From Octopus vulgaris (taxonomy: Eukaryota): a DNA stretch of 64,000 nt. Below, piece after piece: positions 25,943 to 38,323 of the stretch. The notes under the pieces are model-generated. The model made no database searches. It was not told where the DNA came from and was given only the letters and a program-made list of their open reading frames with translations. The position numbers and the translations under genes were made by a program. Within the stretch, counting starts at the first letter, position 1, and the number at the start of each line of letters is the position of its first letter. The stretch spans positions 142,972,001 to 143,036,000 of the forward strand of contig OX597814.1 of the NCBI GenBank assembly GCA_951406725.2, in the 5' to 3' direction.

Positions 25943-26420
25943 CATATATACGACGGGTTTCTTTCAGTTTCCGTCTACCAAATCCACTCACAGGCTTTTG
26001 TTGGCCCAAGGCTATAGTAGAAGACACTTGCCCAAGGTGCCATGCAGTCAGACTGAAACCAGAACCATGTGGTTGATAAGCAAGCTACTTACCACACAGT
26101 CACTCCTACGCCTATACAAATTTTTACCTTTCTTAGCAATGAATTTGCAATTCCATGAGAGTAACCGCCACTCAAAAGCCATATTGACCACCTAAGATAA
26201 TGAAATTACACGATTAATTTCATCGATAAAATGATTCGCTTTCATTATGAAAATCTTATGTGCGCGCGCGCAAGCACAAACATTAGAAGGACCACTTTTG
26301 AATAATATCGGGTCGATCATTGTTTGTGAAACTGGACAACAAACTCTTTCGTACCAGCACAATACAAGTACACATTTCAGTTTGGAAAATACCAGAGGAA
26401 GAATTAAATACATTCATTTA
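25151..26420 (-). pseudogene. Decayed Helitron Rep (HUH) domain, split by a SINE A
   Basis: QDQPGCIFTAFNLMLKYLLNYILKNILGKV (cf. DRPD..RVF..K..FGKV), FVPAEF..DPE and DKRWVVSYY..IEYIYK (cf. DNRWVVPYN..KYIYK), in the expected order; the HUH motif itself is not visible. Confidence 0.6.
25657..26112 (-). mobile_element. SINE family A, full length
   Basis: Homologous to 22834-23275. Confidence 0.9.
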
Positions 26421-26599
26421 TTTTTTTCCGTTGGAGGTCTGGACCAATCAAGAAGCTGTTACCGTAGTAGTGCGAGATATTACGGTGAAGGTTGGGTACA
26501 AAGACTTTTGAAGAAATTTAAAGAGTTTGATCTACAGAGTATAAATATGTTAAACAGGAATAGTTTAACAATATGCTAACTGGAAACACTTTACAATAA

Positions 26600-27040
26600 G
26601 ACTATAGAGCTGAGCCCTGGTAACAGTGTTTGAATTCAACGGTCTAATAAACATCATTCATTTGAATCGTTCGCTCATCATCTTGATAAACCAGAGTTGC
26701 AAATGAAAGTTATTTGTGCAAACACAATTCCTGCAGTAGACTACAACAGTGATCATCAACTAGTTATGGAAATATCTGAGTCAAATTGAATAAGAGAACA
26801 AGAAACATGATGCTTGATAAGTCATTGCTCAGAAGTGACGCTGAAATTCACAGGAATGCAATTGTGGAGGTGAAAAATGTATTTAAATGCGCTGGCAGAT
26901 GTTCAGGCAACATCGAAAGTAGTCACGTCACAAACTAAAATGAATAGCAGAAGAAAACTGGATGACAGAAGAGATATTACAGTTAATGGGGAAAATAAGG
27001 AAATCGGAAACGAAAAGACAGGATTACTAAGAAATTGAAT
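26600..27040 (+). pseudogene. RTE-clade LINE fragment 1 (end of APE domain and linker)
   Basis: IPAVDYNSDHQLVM (APE SDH motif) and WMTEEILQLM. Confidence 0.7.
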
Positions 27041-27509
27041 TAGTTTATTACAATGGATTGTAATGGGTATAAATGGTGAAGAAGTTCACTAACCACCGGC
27101 GTGTTATCAGATTCAATTCCCCTGCGTAGCAATCGGGGTAAGTGTTTTCTATAATAACCTGGAGTCGGATGAAGCCTCCCGAATAAAATTGGGCTGATGG
27201 GAAATGTATAGGTGATGTGGAAATTCGTCGTAGAGGTGGTGCGTCGTTCTTTTTTTTTTGTGGGGTAGATGTAATCCATCAGCCATTTCAACACCACCAC
27301 CTGGTTCTTAGTTACCTTAAGTAAGAGTCTTCTCTCGCAAAGATTCTCCCTTCCTCCCTCTAGTCACGGACGCCTTGAAAAAAATGTCATAAGTGTTGCT
27401 TTGTTTTTTCTTTGACAATGCCATAAAAAATGGGTACCAAAACAAAAGATGACAAAAGAATCAGTGTTATGCAATAAGCATATATCTAACCAATGAGATA
27501 TCTACCCAT

Positions 27510-27561
<52 letters not shown>

Positions 27562-27566
<5 letters not shown>

Positions 27567-27780
27567 CTTGATCACCTTGACCGACCAGTCCGTCAGGCGT
27601 CCATTTGACACCGCTGGTCACAGCACGCTGTCCACTCCTCTCTGGATAGCACCTTTCTCATCCACGTGATCCCAATCGTCCTCCTGAAATCGTAACTCCA
27701 CCGTCGTGGAGACCTTCCGGGTGGTCGTTTCCTCTCGCGCGAGTATCATTCGACAACTGCGCGGGTCCACCGATTATCAT
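27562..27780 (-). mobile_element. 5'-truncated RTE-clade LINE 3' end
   Basis: DNRWTRAVVE*YSRERKRPPGRSPRRW; ends in a (CAAGGTGAT)2 tail. Confidence 0.85.
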
Positions 27781-27823
27781 GTATGTTTGTATGTTTATGT
27801 GTACACATACATAAATATGCATG

Positions 27824-27855
<32 letters not shown>

Positions 27856-28580
27856 CATACATACATACATGTATGTATGTATGTATGTATGTATGTATGT
27901 ATGTATGTATGTATGTATGTATGTATGTACGTATGTATGTATATATGTATGTATGTATGTATTGATAGCGAAGATAAAGTGTACTGCAAGCTTTATACTA
28001 CATTTTAAAGTCTCCCATCTAAACTTTAATTTTAAATATAAGAAACCATGTGGCTAGAAATTTGCTAAATTTAGATAGAGAAATACTATAGAAAGGAACT
28101 ACATCTCACGAGCCAATGAGGGATTAGTAACTAGAAATACCGGCCAAATCTCTCTCAAATGACACCCTATTGTATAGGTTTCATTGGATAATGTAATTCC
28201 ACTACCTTTAAATATAGTAATGTAGGTACAACTGGAATGTTTTTTCTCAAATGTGCATTTGATTAAAGTTTTTCTGAGGCAGCCACCACCACCACGAAAT
28301 AACATCAACAACAACAGTAACAACACTAGAAACATCAGCAGCAGCAACAAAGCAACAACATCAGTAGTTACACAGCTTTCTTGGAGAGGGGATTGATTAG
28401 CAAAATTTACAAGTATGACAGGTACAAAGATAACATAACCAAGAATATCGAGGATTCCAACAGTAATGAATGAAAAAGTAAGAAACACCGAAACGTGTTC
28501 GACAAAGGGAGGAAACAGAACCCGATCACATAACAATAGAGAAATTAAGAGCGTCATAATTGGTAAATTTTAACTGTTGT

Positions 28581-28952
28581 AGTCTGTTCTCTTTCTTTTC
28601 TTTTCATTTAAAAAGGAAGCTGTGGCTGGAGAAGAAGTGTCTGTCGGAGTGTACGTTCCAAAAGAGATGGAAGCATGTTGCACGAGTGTTGGGCATGCAA
28701 GGAACCGTGTGAATAGACCGGTCAAAAAGAACATCTAAAAAGGTACCAGCGGTAGATCGGGACTTGTGGGGTCGGAGCATGACCTGATCATCGCTTCATT
28801 TGTATTGTCTTTTGTATTGTTTATTTCATTCGACTTTTATATATTGTATTAAATTTTAAAACCATATTATATGTAAACTCATACCGTTTCACTGATCCCA
28901 TCAATTGTTTTGTCCAATTCTATGTTTGGCCCCTAGTGGGTAATAAAGAAAT
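28581..28952 (+). mobile_element. 5'-truncated Tx1/L1-clade LINE 3' end
   Basis: SLFSFFSFHLKRKLWLEKKCLSECTFQKRWKHVAR (stop at 28710-28712) is homologous to the C-terminus of the element at 57217-58423; ends in TAATAAAGAAAT. Confidence 0.8.
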
Positions 28953-29275
28953 TGAAAAGGGCCCCAAAATAACTACAAAAGATATTTGCAACAATGGAGA
29001 TGTTCACAAAAATCCTCCAAACTCTATATAGAATGCGAGTCATATTGTTCAATACGTCTCAAATATCTCGTGACTACCATTCTCTTGAGAATTATAATGT
29101 TGAGGGCAAAAGAGACAAAGTTAAATCTGAAATTTAAGTCCCACATTGCAGATTTGCTGAAGTCAATAATACCACCGACGCCATTTGCATTTTGGGAAAA
29201 TTAACAGAATTAACAGTAGAAGCAAAAAATAAAAGAAGTTAATGTATGTTTTATCGACTGACACATGAGGTGATC
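28953..29275 (+). pseudogene. RTE-clade LINE fragment 2 (RT N-terminal motifs)
   Basis: ECESYCSIRL..ILLRIIMLR, TTDAICILGKL, VCFID; an upstream piece near 28380-28560 reads PDHITIEKL. Confidence 0.7.
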
Positions 29276-30302
29276 ACGCGTTTATTGGAAGTTATGTATT
29301 TTCTCGTAACTTATTCCCTAATTCCCATTTAATAAAGTGTAGATTTATTTCATGCCATTGATCATTTAGTTACTTTTAGTCAGGGAGATGGAACAAAGAT
29401 AGATGGGACGTTCTCGAACCTTTTCAGGATTTCACTGACTGGTGGAACCAAGGATGGGAGTTTCCTTAAATCAGAAACTTAACCCGAATTTAACAGAGTG
29501 GACTCTGCTAAAGGAAACGAAATATCATGTGTGGCGCTGAAACAGAATGACAGATTAAGTGTAGCACCCAAGAACAGAAACAATTCTCGGATGAATTTCC
29601 AAACAATCGATAGTTTTCGTCTACCCAATTTCACATATGAGGTTTTTGTCCGACTGGAGGTCATGGTAAAAGACACACGTCCAAGATGGTGACTATTACA
29701 TCGCATGGTTATCAATTCACTCAGTTTTTATTAATCCTTTTGTTTTTCTTTTCGATTTTGTATTTTTCGCCATTAGTTTTTATATTTCTTCCGTCGTTCA
29801 TTACTGTATTTCTGTTCGTTTTGTTTGTGGTGTAACTTCTTTCGACGCTCCCTGAACATCTGCCAGCTCGTTGTAATACATTTTTGTCCGCCACGCTGTG
29901 GCATTATTGTAAAGGTTAGCATAATTTCTGAGCAATGGCCTATCTATCTGCATGTTTTTTGTTCTCTTATTCAATTTGAGTCAACTATCTCCATAATTGG
30001 TGGATGTTAATTTTCGTAGTCTGCTCCCGGAATTGTCTTAGAAATTAACGAAAAAGGCCAAAGAATAACTACAAACATATTAGGAACAAATAGTAGGCAC
30101 TAAAAGTTGGCAATAAGATTTCAAGATATAAATACTAAGGCATATTCTGTTGTGTCTGGGGAGATTCATTTTTTTTGTGCCTTATAATGTAACACACGCA
30201 CCAGTAAAATTTCCACTTATTTCTTATTTTTATTTTCCTAAACTTTTCGTTGCATCTTGCAACCTTTTCAATAGTCTTGACTCTCAAAATCCAGAAACAA
30301 AA

Positions 30303-31300
30303 TACTAAGGCAAACAACACGAGAAGTTCGCCAAGGACATGTACAATATCCAGGTCTTTTCTGGATACACAATGAGATGTACAGAGGAACTGAAGTTTGA
30401 GCTAGGAGAAGCTGTATCAATAATTTTCAACAATTTCCTTCTCGCAGATGATATTCTTTTCATAGTGGAATATGTGAAAGATCTCCATTCTCTATTAACA
30501 CGAGTGAAGGAAAGAAGAATCTGGATTTTATCTACGTGTAATCTGTAAGACAATAGCAATACCTAGCTCAAGAACGAAACAACCAAACTTAAAAGTACAA
30601 GAAAATCAACCAATTACTTCATCTGGAAAATGTTAAGCAAAAATAAAAAGTAAAAATCAATCCAAAACAATGTTCTAAAATATGAGAAATATAAGTTTGC
30701 CTCTAAAATTATGTGAGCGAACATTCGCAAACATATAATTGAGCAAATGCTAAATGTATAGATTTGACATATGTGCAGTTAGAAAACAAACGGAAAGGTC
30801 ATTGCTGTCAACAAAGTATGAATAGAGAGAAAAAAAATCCATCGATAGCAAACAATAACGAATGAAGTTACTTTATATTAAGTGAACAATAATGGTTTCT
30901 AATTTAGGCACAAGGCCAGCAAATTTGAAGGGAAGGGTTAGTCGACACAAGGATTCCACTATTTGACTGGTCGAGCTTTCAATCGACCCTGGAGAGATGG
31001 AAGGCAAAGTTGACTTTATTGGGATGGATTTGAACTCAGAATATAAAAAACCGGAAGATCGTAAGGTATTCTTTTTCCGACGCTCTAATGATTCTGCCAG
31101 ATCGCCGCCATTACCATGAGAATAATGAAATAAGAAAATTTTTTAAATGAAATACGAAAATGACCTGTTGTGACAAGAAAATTCCTGTTGTGAAACAGAG
31201 GCTTTATTTTGGATAAACAAGCATATTGAGTGACACGAGAGAAATTGTAGCTTCAGACTGCTTCTTGCTACTGAAGACCACGTGCAATGGAAGAACAAAC
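30303..31300 (+). pseudogene. RTE-clade LINE fragment 3 (RT catalytic region to C-terminus), split by a SINE B
   Basis: EVRQG (cf. GVRQG) and NNFLLADDILF (cf. NNLRYADD). Confidence 0.7.
30895..31109 (-). mobile_element. SINE family B, alternative tail
   Basis: Degenerate head; tail GGCCTTGTGCCTAAATTAGAAAC. Confidence 0.7.
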
Positions 31301-32307
31301 ATGATCACTTACGTCTGTATAGCTTATAATCATGATGGTGGTTATGCATTAAACCGATATATTTCATTGCAAAGGAGGAGAGTGATAGAGAAAACTTGCG
31401 TGTATCCACTATCCTCAGTAGCATGTTTTCAATATTTATTGAATTGAATGAAACGAAGTGTTAACTTTGATGTTCCTGCTGTTGATGACTTACCCAGGGC
31501 ATCCCTGATCATGTAGATCTGTGAAGAATAGCGTCCCAACCGTGAAGAAATCGTCTTTTTGAATAGTTATGGATACACTGTCCAATGTATCCTTCCTTTT
31601 TAAGATTTCAAGAGCGTGACTTGAGGGAACTTTGGCTGCTATTTCTAACAGATTAAGCGATCTTATAAAGCAGGAAAAGGGCAGTTTTTAGTATCATTGG
31701 CGAATTGCGAGTGCATAGCATTATATAGGGATACATCTGTGCTAAAAAATTACAATTAACCTTTAATTCAAAATTTTATAGAGATGAAATTTATATTAAA
31801 TTGCTGCTTTGTGCTTAAAAATTATTCTTTTCCATTTTTTGAATGAGTTTTTCGAAACTTTATCATTTGGCTGTCTGAAAATAGAAATCGGGTGAGTGAG
31901 AGGCATCTCCACTCTCGGCAGAGAGGCTCCTATATCAGCTTATTTGTGGGGGTATAAATTAAATGTAGAAGCATAGAAATAAATGGTTTTGCATTTAAAT
32001 CTCACCAGGAAATCAGGCTTACGTGACAGTGATGGAAAATACCATAAAGTAACTCGGTCACCTCTTTAGCGTCTCTGTGCCATTTCGGTATCGCCATTAT
32101 GGAAAATAGTTAGGGAATGAGGTTAGGTTGTCTAGATCTAATAATAATTCAGCTTGAAACTACAAATGTAATTAATCTTTGACTAATTAACTCTGGCATG
32201 AATACTCGAGAAATTTTTATTAGAAATATATTTGGAAGTATTGGTCTTTAAGGAAAATGGTCTTTAAAAAATTATGTTTCTTGTGTGTGTTTGTGTGCGT
32301 GTGTGTG

Positions 32308-32389
<82 letters not shown>

Positions 32390-32750
32390 AGTTATATACA
32401 TTTCGCTTCTGGCTACGTAGATAATTTCGTATTTGACAAATTACTTATTAAATTATAATCATGAATGAGGTTTTATTAAAATCTCTTAAATTTACAGAAT
32501 TCTGATAAATGTCCTTCTTACATTAATTGTGAGTAACAATTAATACATTTTCTTTGTACTTTCATTTCGAATTGCAAGATAGATAATACAAAAAAGGTAC
32601 TCATTGTTTCTGAACGGGTTTGAACTAACTTAACTGAACTAGTTCAAAGTAGCTAAGTTATTTTAAAACTATTTCAACATTAGTAAATGATTTATAAACA
32701 GTACCGCCATAATGGTTTGCATAATTAATTATATAGACTCTTTTTCATTA

Positions 32751-33159
32751 TCTATCTATATATATAAAGCTGAAGGTGTCTGTGTATGGCAGGTTTGGTA
32801 GCCTTCAACTAACACTATCGCATCTGAGACCCTGCGATGCAAGTTGGCCAAAATTGAGAGTATGATAGAAAAAGGCTTGCTCTTCCTTCCGTAGAAGAAA
32901 AAATTCAAATCGGACCATGTTAAGACCAAATAATATTTACATCAAAGAGGTGCTAATTTGTATGAAAATCCCTATTTTTTACGAATTTTTGACTGCTGTG
33001 TCGCCATTTTTCGGTGTATTTCAACCAGAAATATGTTCACTTAAAGAGAATAACAAGCTACATAATGCTACATAATGTAAAATTTTTACTTTTAAAAAAT
33101 TCCAATTCTAAAGGGTCGAAAAGAAAACAAACCCGAGCAACGCCGGGCAATACTGCGAG
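32751..33159 (+). mobile_element. Non-autonomous Helitron
   Basis: A|TC 5' end; 3' hairpin CCCGAGC-AAC-GCCGGG then CGAG|T (variant of CTAG). Confidence 0.8.
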
Positions 33160-33172
33160 TATAGGATAAAAA

Positions 33173-33360
33173 TGGCAAGCTGGCTGAAGCGTTAGCACGC
33201 CAGACGAAAATTCTTAACGGCATACTTCTGGTTTCATGTTTTCATCCTTTCGAGTGGAGCTATAAAATAAAGTACTAGTCAAGTACTAGAGTCGATATAG
33301 TCGATTAATTCCTCCCAATCCCTTGGAATTGGTGCCGTTTTACCAAAATTCTAGACCAAC
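33173..33360 (+). mobile_element. SINE family B, old copy
   Basis: GGCAAGCTGGCTGAAGCGTTAGCACGCC head. Confidence 0.65.
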
Positions 33361-33698
33361 CATTATTTAGGGGAAATGTATGGACCATTGGTTCGTAACT
33401 ATAGACGAAGAATAACATCACCCTTCAGCGAGCGCAGGGATTTGAAGAGAATCGTGCTTTTTTGGGGGGTTTTTTCAGAAACATGTTTAATCCAAATATA
33501 ATGCTTATATTTTTGACAAATTTCCAACACTCTTTTACGGGGTTAAAACATGAAAAAGGTGATTATGCCATAGAATAAGAGAAGGACAGAATTATATCAG
33601 TGATAGAACAAAATAATTATAGTCTTTTTAAACTGAAGTAATGTTACTATTGATAGATTTTTCCTGTTTCATACCTGGTTGGGAAACAGTTCAACATA

Positions 33699-34146
33699 GG
33701 TGCAGGTGTGGCTGTGAAGTAAGAAGTTTGCTTCACCCTACCATCACATGGTCCCGGGTTCAGTCCCACTGTGTAAATCTTTGAGTAAGTGTCTGCTACT
33801 ATAGCCTCTGGTCGACCAAAGCCTTGTGAGTGGATTTGGTTGACGGAAACTGAAAGAAGCACGTCGTATACATGTATGTGTGTGTACGTGTGTGTGTGTG
33901 TGTGCGTGTGCGTGCGTGTGTGTATGTACGTGTGTGTATGTGTGTGTATGTCTTGTGTCTGCGTTTGTCCCCCCCCCACCGCTTGTGAATCGGTGTTGGT
34001 GTGTTTACGTCCACATAACTTAGTGGTTTGGCAAAAGAGACCGATAGAATAAGTACTAAGGGTCGATTCATTCAACTACAAATTCTGCAAAGTGATGCCC
34101 CAACGTGGCCGCACTCTAATGACTTAAACAAGTAAAAGATAAAAGA
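33699..34146 (+). mobile_element. SINE family A
   Basis: Homologous to 22834-23275. Confidence 0.9.
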
Positions 34147-34906
34147 CAGAAAATACAGGACAACTGTTACAACGAAAATAGCAAAGTAAACAACAATGGG
34201 GGAAAAAAAGGCATCGGAAGTGCAATGCATACCCTGCGCATAGATAAATTTTTTCCACAGATTATAGAGTGGTTTACAATGCGTTGCTTACTCATGCTTT
34301 TTAATTGAACTGAATTAAGCTTTGTAAGTACTTCACTAAAAGCGGGTTAGAAGCCTAAGAACTTCAAGGGCCATATGGACCCCAATTAAGAACCGCTGGT
34401 ATAGATAATAAACAGCTGCGCAAAATTAGTTTATGTTTGATCTTTGTATTTTGCTTTTTGCAAAACATGTGAAGGGGCGTTTGGAGAATGCCATTCCATG
34501 GCAAGAGAAACTGAATTACTAACGATTGAGAACTACTGTTGCCTTGAATTTGAAACAAGTAAATATCGCAAAATGCTTAAGTTATGCGTCCTATTGCTAT
34601 TGTCAAATCTCTGACCTTGAAAATGTAGATATTTTATTAGTGTCTGAGCAAATATTGGAGATCTTCGTCGGCATAAGTTATGCAGTAAAGATAGTGAGTT
34701 TAAATAAGTTTATATAGCATTGGGTGAAAAGGAATTTTAGGTTTCAGAATATAACCTTCCATTTTTTTTTTTTTACTTTTCTGTAAAAAAAAAATCTTAG
34801 GCGATGAGTTAGTCTGCAAATATTGAATTCCTTTTTCCTGTACCCAGCACATAAACTTATCCAAATATACCAACGTCACTATAATAAATATTCAGATGTA
34901 TCTCAT

Positions 34907-34978
34907 TAATCCAGATTATCTTCCATCAAGTCATTTGAACTTTTAAAGTTCAAATGACTTGGAAGATAATCTAGATTA
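34907..34978. repeat. Near-perfect hairpin
   Basis: CAAGTCATTTGAACTTT/AAAGTTCAAATGACTTG, extended by AATCCAGATTATCTTCC/GGAAGATAATCTAGATT. Confidence 0.85.
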
Positions 34979-35852
34979 TTTCTTCAAAATGAACAGATCC
35001 AAATTTGGTAAAATCTAGAAAAACAAAATTCATTCCTTCTTCTTTCAAAGTCGCCATATTTAAGTCATTAATACAATAAATCCTTCAATCACATTCGCCT
35101 CTGCGCCCCATAAAACCCATTAGAAAAAATAGGAAGGGTGTGGCTGTGTGATCAGCGATAGAATGAATACTAGGCTCAGAAACAAATGTTGGGGGTCAAT
35201 TCATTTGACTAAAAATTCTTCAAGGCGGTGCCCCAGCAAGGCTGCAGTCTAATGATTGAAACAAGTAAAAGATAAAAGACAAAAAATAAATAAACAAACA
35301 AATAAATAAATAAATAAAAGATAAAACGATAAAAGATAAAGACAAAATGAATCAGAACTGAATAAACATCAAAGAAGGAGAAAATGAAGGAAAGAGATTG
35401 AAAAATTGTAATTGACGGACTTTAACTGTGGACCCCTGGGTTGTGAAATTTCTGAATTTTCTTGGGCAAAATTCGCAAACGTAGTATTTTTTCCACAAGA
35501 GAGAACGTTGGTCTTTGGCACTTTGTTTTGCCGTATAATATTGCAGATTATTCTCAGAATCTTATTTTTAGACAAAGTGACGTGTGGCACGCTGCTGAAC
35601 AGCTTCAGAGATTTGTGTAAAGTCAACACTCTACTGCAAGTACACCTTGCCTTTACTGATGCAAAGTGTACAAGCTAAAGCAGCGAGTGCAACTGTTTGT
35701 TAACAAATGTATATAGACACACAGATGCACACATACACACACACAAACATAATCACAGGCCTAGCTAAATGGCTCACTCCCTACTCTATTTCCCTCTCTC
35801 TCTACATTCATGTATGTGTGTGTGCATGTATATATATATGGGTGTGTATGTT

Positions 35853-35887
<35 letters not shown>

Positions 35888-36078
35888 CTGTGCGTGTGTG
35901 TGTACACACACATACACACACATGTAGCAGCTAGGCGTTGTTTTTGCTTCCTACGTAAAACATCAAAGCGCTCAATATGCACTCGTTTCACGCTAGTATC
36001 GACGAATTTAGACACAGCGATAGACAGCGGACTTTGGTAGTAATTGGAGAAACATAACAGACACACACACACACACGC

Positions 36079-36119
<41 letters not shown>

Positions 36120-36474
36120 TGCACACACAAACACATACACATATGTAATTAAATTCATTTGTACTTTTACAATATGGCCACTTTCTATCGACGAAACAAT
36201 TATTTGCTAAGGTCTATCAAGGCAGAAGCCAGTGAGGCATTTATGCTCTCCCCTGTTTTTCGCATTGGATTGTTCTTCCTTGTGGACGACTACGAACACT
36301 AGATCTGAACTTGGTGATTCTTTTCTCATTTTCTCATTATGTGTGTGTTTGCATGCATGTGTGCGTGTATACACTGTCTACGTTTATGTGTATGTATGTA
36401 TGTATGTATGTATGTATGTATGTATGTATGTATGTATGTATGTATGTATGTGTATATATGTGTGAATTTATGTA

Positions 36475-36584
36475 AGAGGGAGTGCTGAAAAGTTCCTAGC
36501 TTTAAGGGTATCGCGAAAGGTCTGGTTGGAGGCCCAACCTTCCGAGTTCCTTTACAGGGATTAGAAAATTGAAGGACCCCTGCG

Positions 36585-36668
<84 letters not shown>

Positions 36669-36866
36669 CAGAGTTATGCATGTTTCAGCTTCTGTCCCAA
36701 ACCGCTAGATTACGGAAATGTAATCAAACCAACATCGGTTATCAAGAATAGAGTCAAACACAAAAAGTGTGAATCTGAGAGGGAAATATATTGAATAAAA
36801 CCATAATTAACTGATCTTCATATATTTTCTTTTACCCAATGCCAGGAAGTCTTCAGCACTCCCTAG
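36475..36866. mobile_element. Mariner MITE carrying a ~180-bp insertion
   Basis: Both TIRs present; colinear with 44510-44711 except for the insert at 36588-36765. Confidence 0.85.
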
Positions 36867-36874
36867 TATACATA

Positions 36875-38030
36875 CAGGGTGTTCGGGCTAAATTTGACGA
36901 TTTTTTTTGCCTCCTACTTTCAAGAACAGTTTGATGTATTGGTTGCTGTTGCTGTTGAGCGAACAGTCTTCCTCTCAGAGCTCGCAAGATGGGAGAAGTC
37001 CGAAATGTGGTCCTTTGTTATTCGTAAGACCAGCAGAAGAGAAAGCAGGTCAACCCCCGACACCCAGAGCATCGACAGATGGATGAATGCGCATCCAGGC
37101 TCAGCGGTTGCGTAGGAAGTCGGGGACAAGAAACAAGAAGAAAGAGTGAGAGAAAGTTGGGGCGAAATAGAACAACAGGGGTCGCCACCACCCCCTGCCT
37201 GAGCCTCGTGGAGCTTTAGGTGTTTTCGTTAAATAAACACACACAACGCTCGGTCTGGGAATCGAAACCGTGATCCTCCGACCGCGAGTCCGCTGCCCGG
37301 AACCACTGGGCCGTTGCGCCTCCACTTGATGGATTGGTGGACAGTCAACGGCGTTGGAGAGCATAACTATTAAGGTTGTAGTTCAGGAAAACTTAGCTGA
37401 TATGGGGTTCAGGAAGCCATCTGAACATTGGAAAAGACCTACCTATATCATGACGATTCGGATCAGTTATCAAAATGCCGACATCATAACTGCTGCCCAG
37501 TTGTCTGTGAGCACTGTAAAGGCAGAAATAATGTAACATGGATGACTGCAACGGAAACTGAAAGCCGTCGCCGCAAGAAGAGCGTGTGAGGATGACTTCA
37601 TGCTTCCCCACATCTTTCAGCTGGGTTTCAATTCAGGGCCTGAGTTTTGACGACTATGTGAAGCTGCTGGAGACTGTGGTTGATCCATGGCTTGAAAGGA
37701 TTTCTGCTGGTAAGCCCCATGAGCGGAAGCAGGTATTTGCATCCTTGTCATACCTCCGGAAAAATTCAGAAATGGTTGTCGGAGAATATCTACGACTTTA
37801 CCAGTCCCAATTTCTGGCCTCCTAATTTCCCCGATTGTAATCCCATTAGTTACTAAGTATGGGGCGCGCTTGAGAAAGACACCAACCACTCTGCCTGCAA
37901 CGCCTAAACCGAGTTGATGGCTACGTTCAAGGAGGTGTTCAAAGATCTTCCAAAAGACTTAATGAAGAACGCATGCGCCAGTTTCCAGAACCGTCTTGAG
38001 GCCGTGGTGGGAACTGAGGGCAGCTACTTT
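36875..38030 (+). pseudogene. Decayed Tc1/mariner transposon, maT (DD37D)-like, with a SINE C insertion
   Basis: TA|CAGGGTGTTCGGGC terminus; YVKLLETVVDPWL, CHTSGKIQKWLSEN, WPPNFPDCNPISY*VWG, ACASFQNRLEAVV..EGSYF. Confidence 0.85.
37125..37323 (-). mobile_element. SINE family C
   Basis: tRNA-like head GGAGGCGCAACGGCCCAGTGG..GGTTTCGATTCCC on the minus strand. Confidence 0.85.
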
Positions 38031-38050
38031 ATATATACATACATACATTC

Positions 38051-38086
<36 letters not shown>

Positions 38087-38223
38087 AAAAAAGTTTCTGT
38101 GCGCGTATGCGTGCGTCTTTTTGTGTTTGACTCTATTCTTGATAACCGTTGTTGGTTTGATTACATTCCAGTAATCTACCGGTTTGGCAGAGAAGCTGAA
38201 ACATGCATAACTCTCTCTCTCTA

Positions 38224-38323
<100 letters not shown>

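Noticed and set aside
37250-37323. tRNA gene
   Set aside because: The tRNA-like sequence runs straight into a SINE body present in several copies; it is a SINE head, as are the other A/B-box hits.
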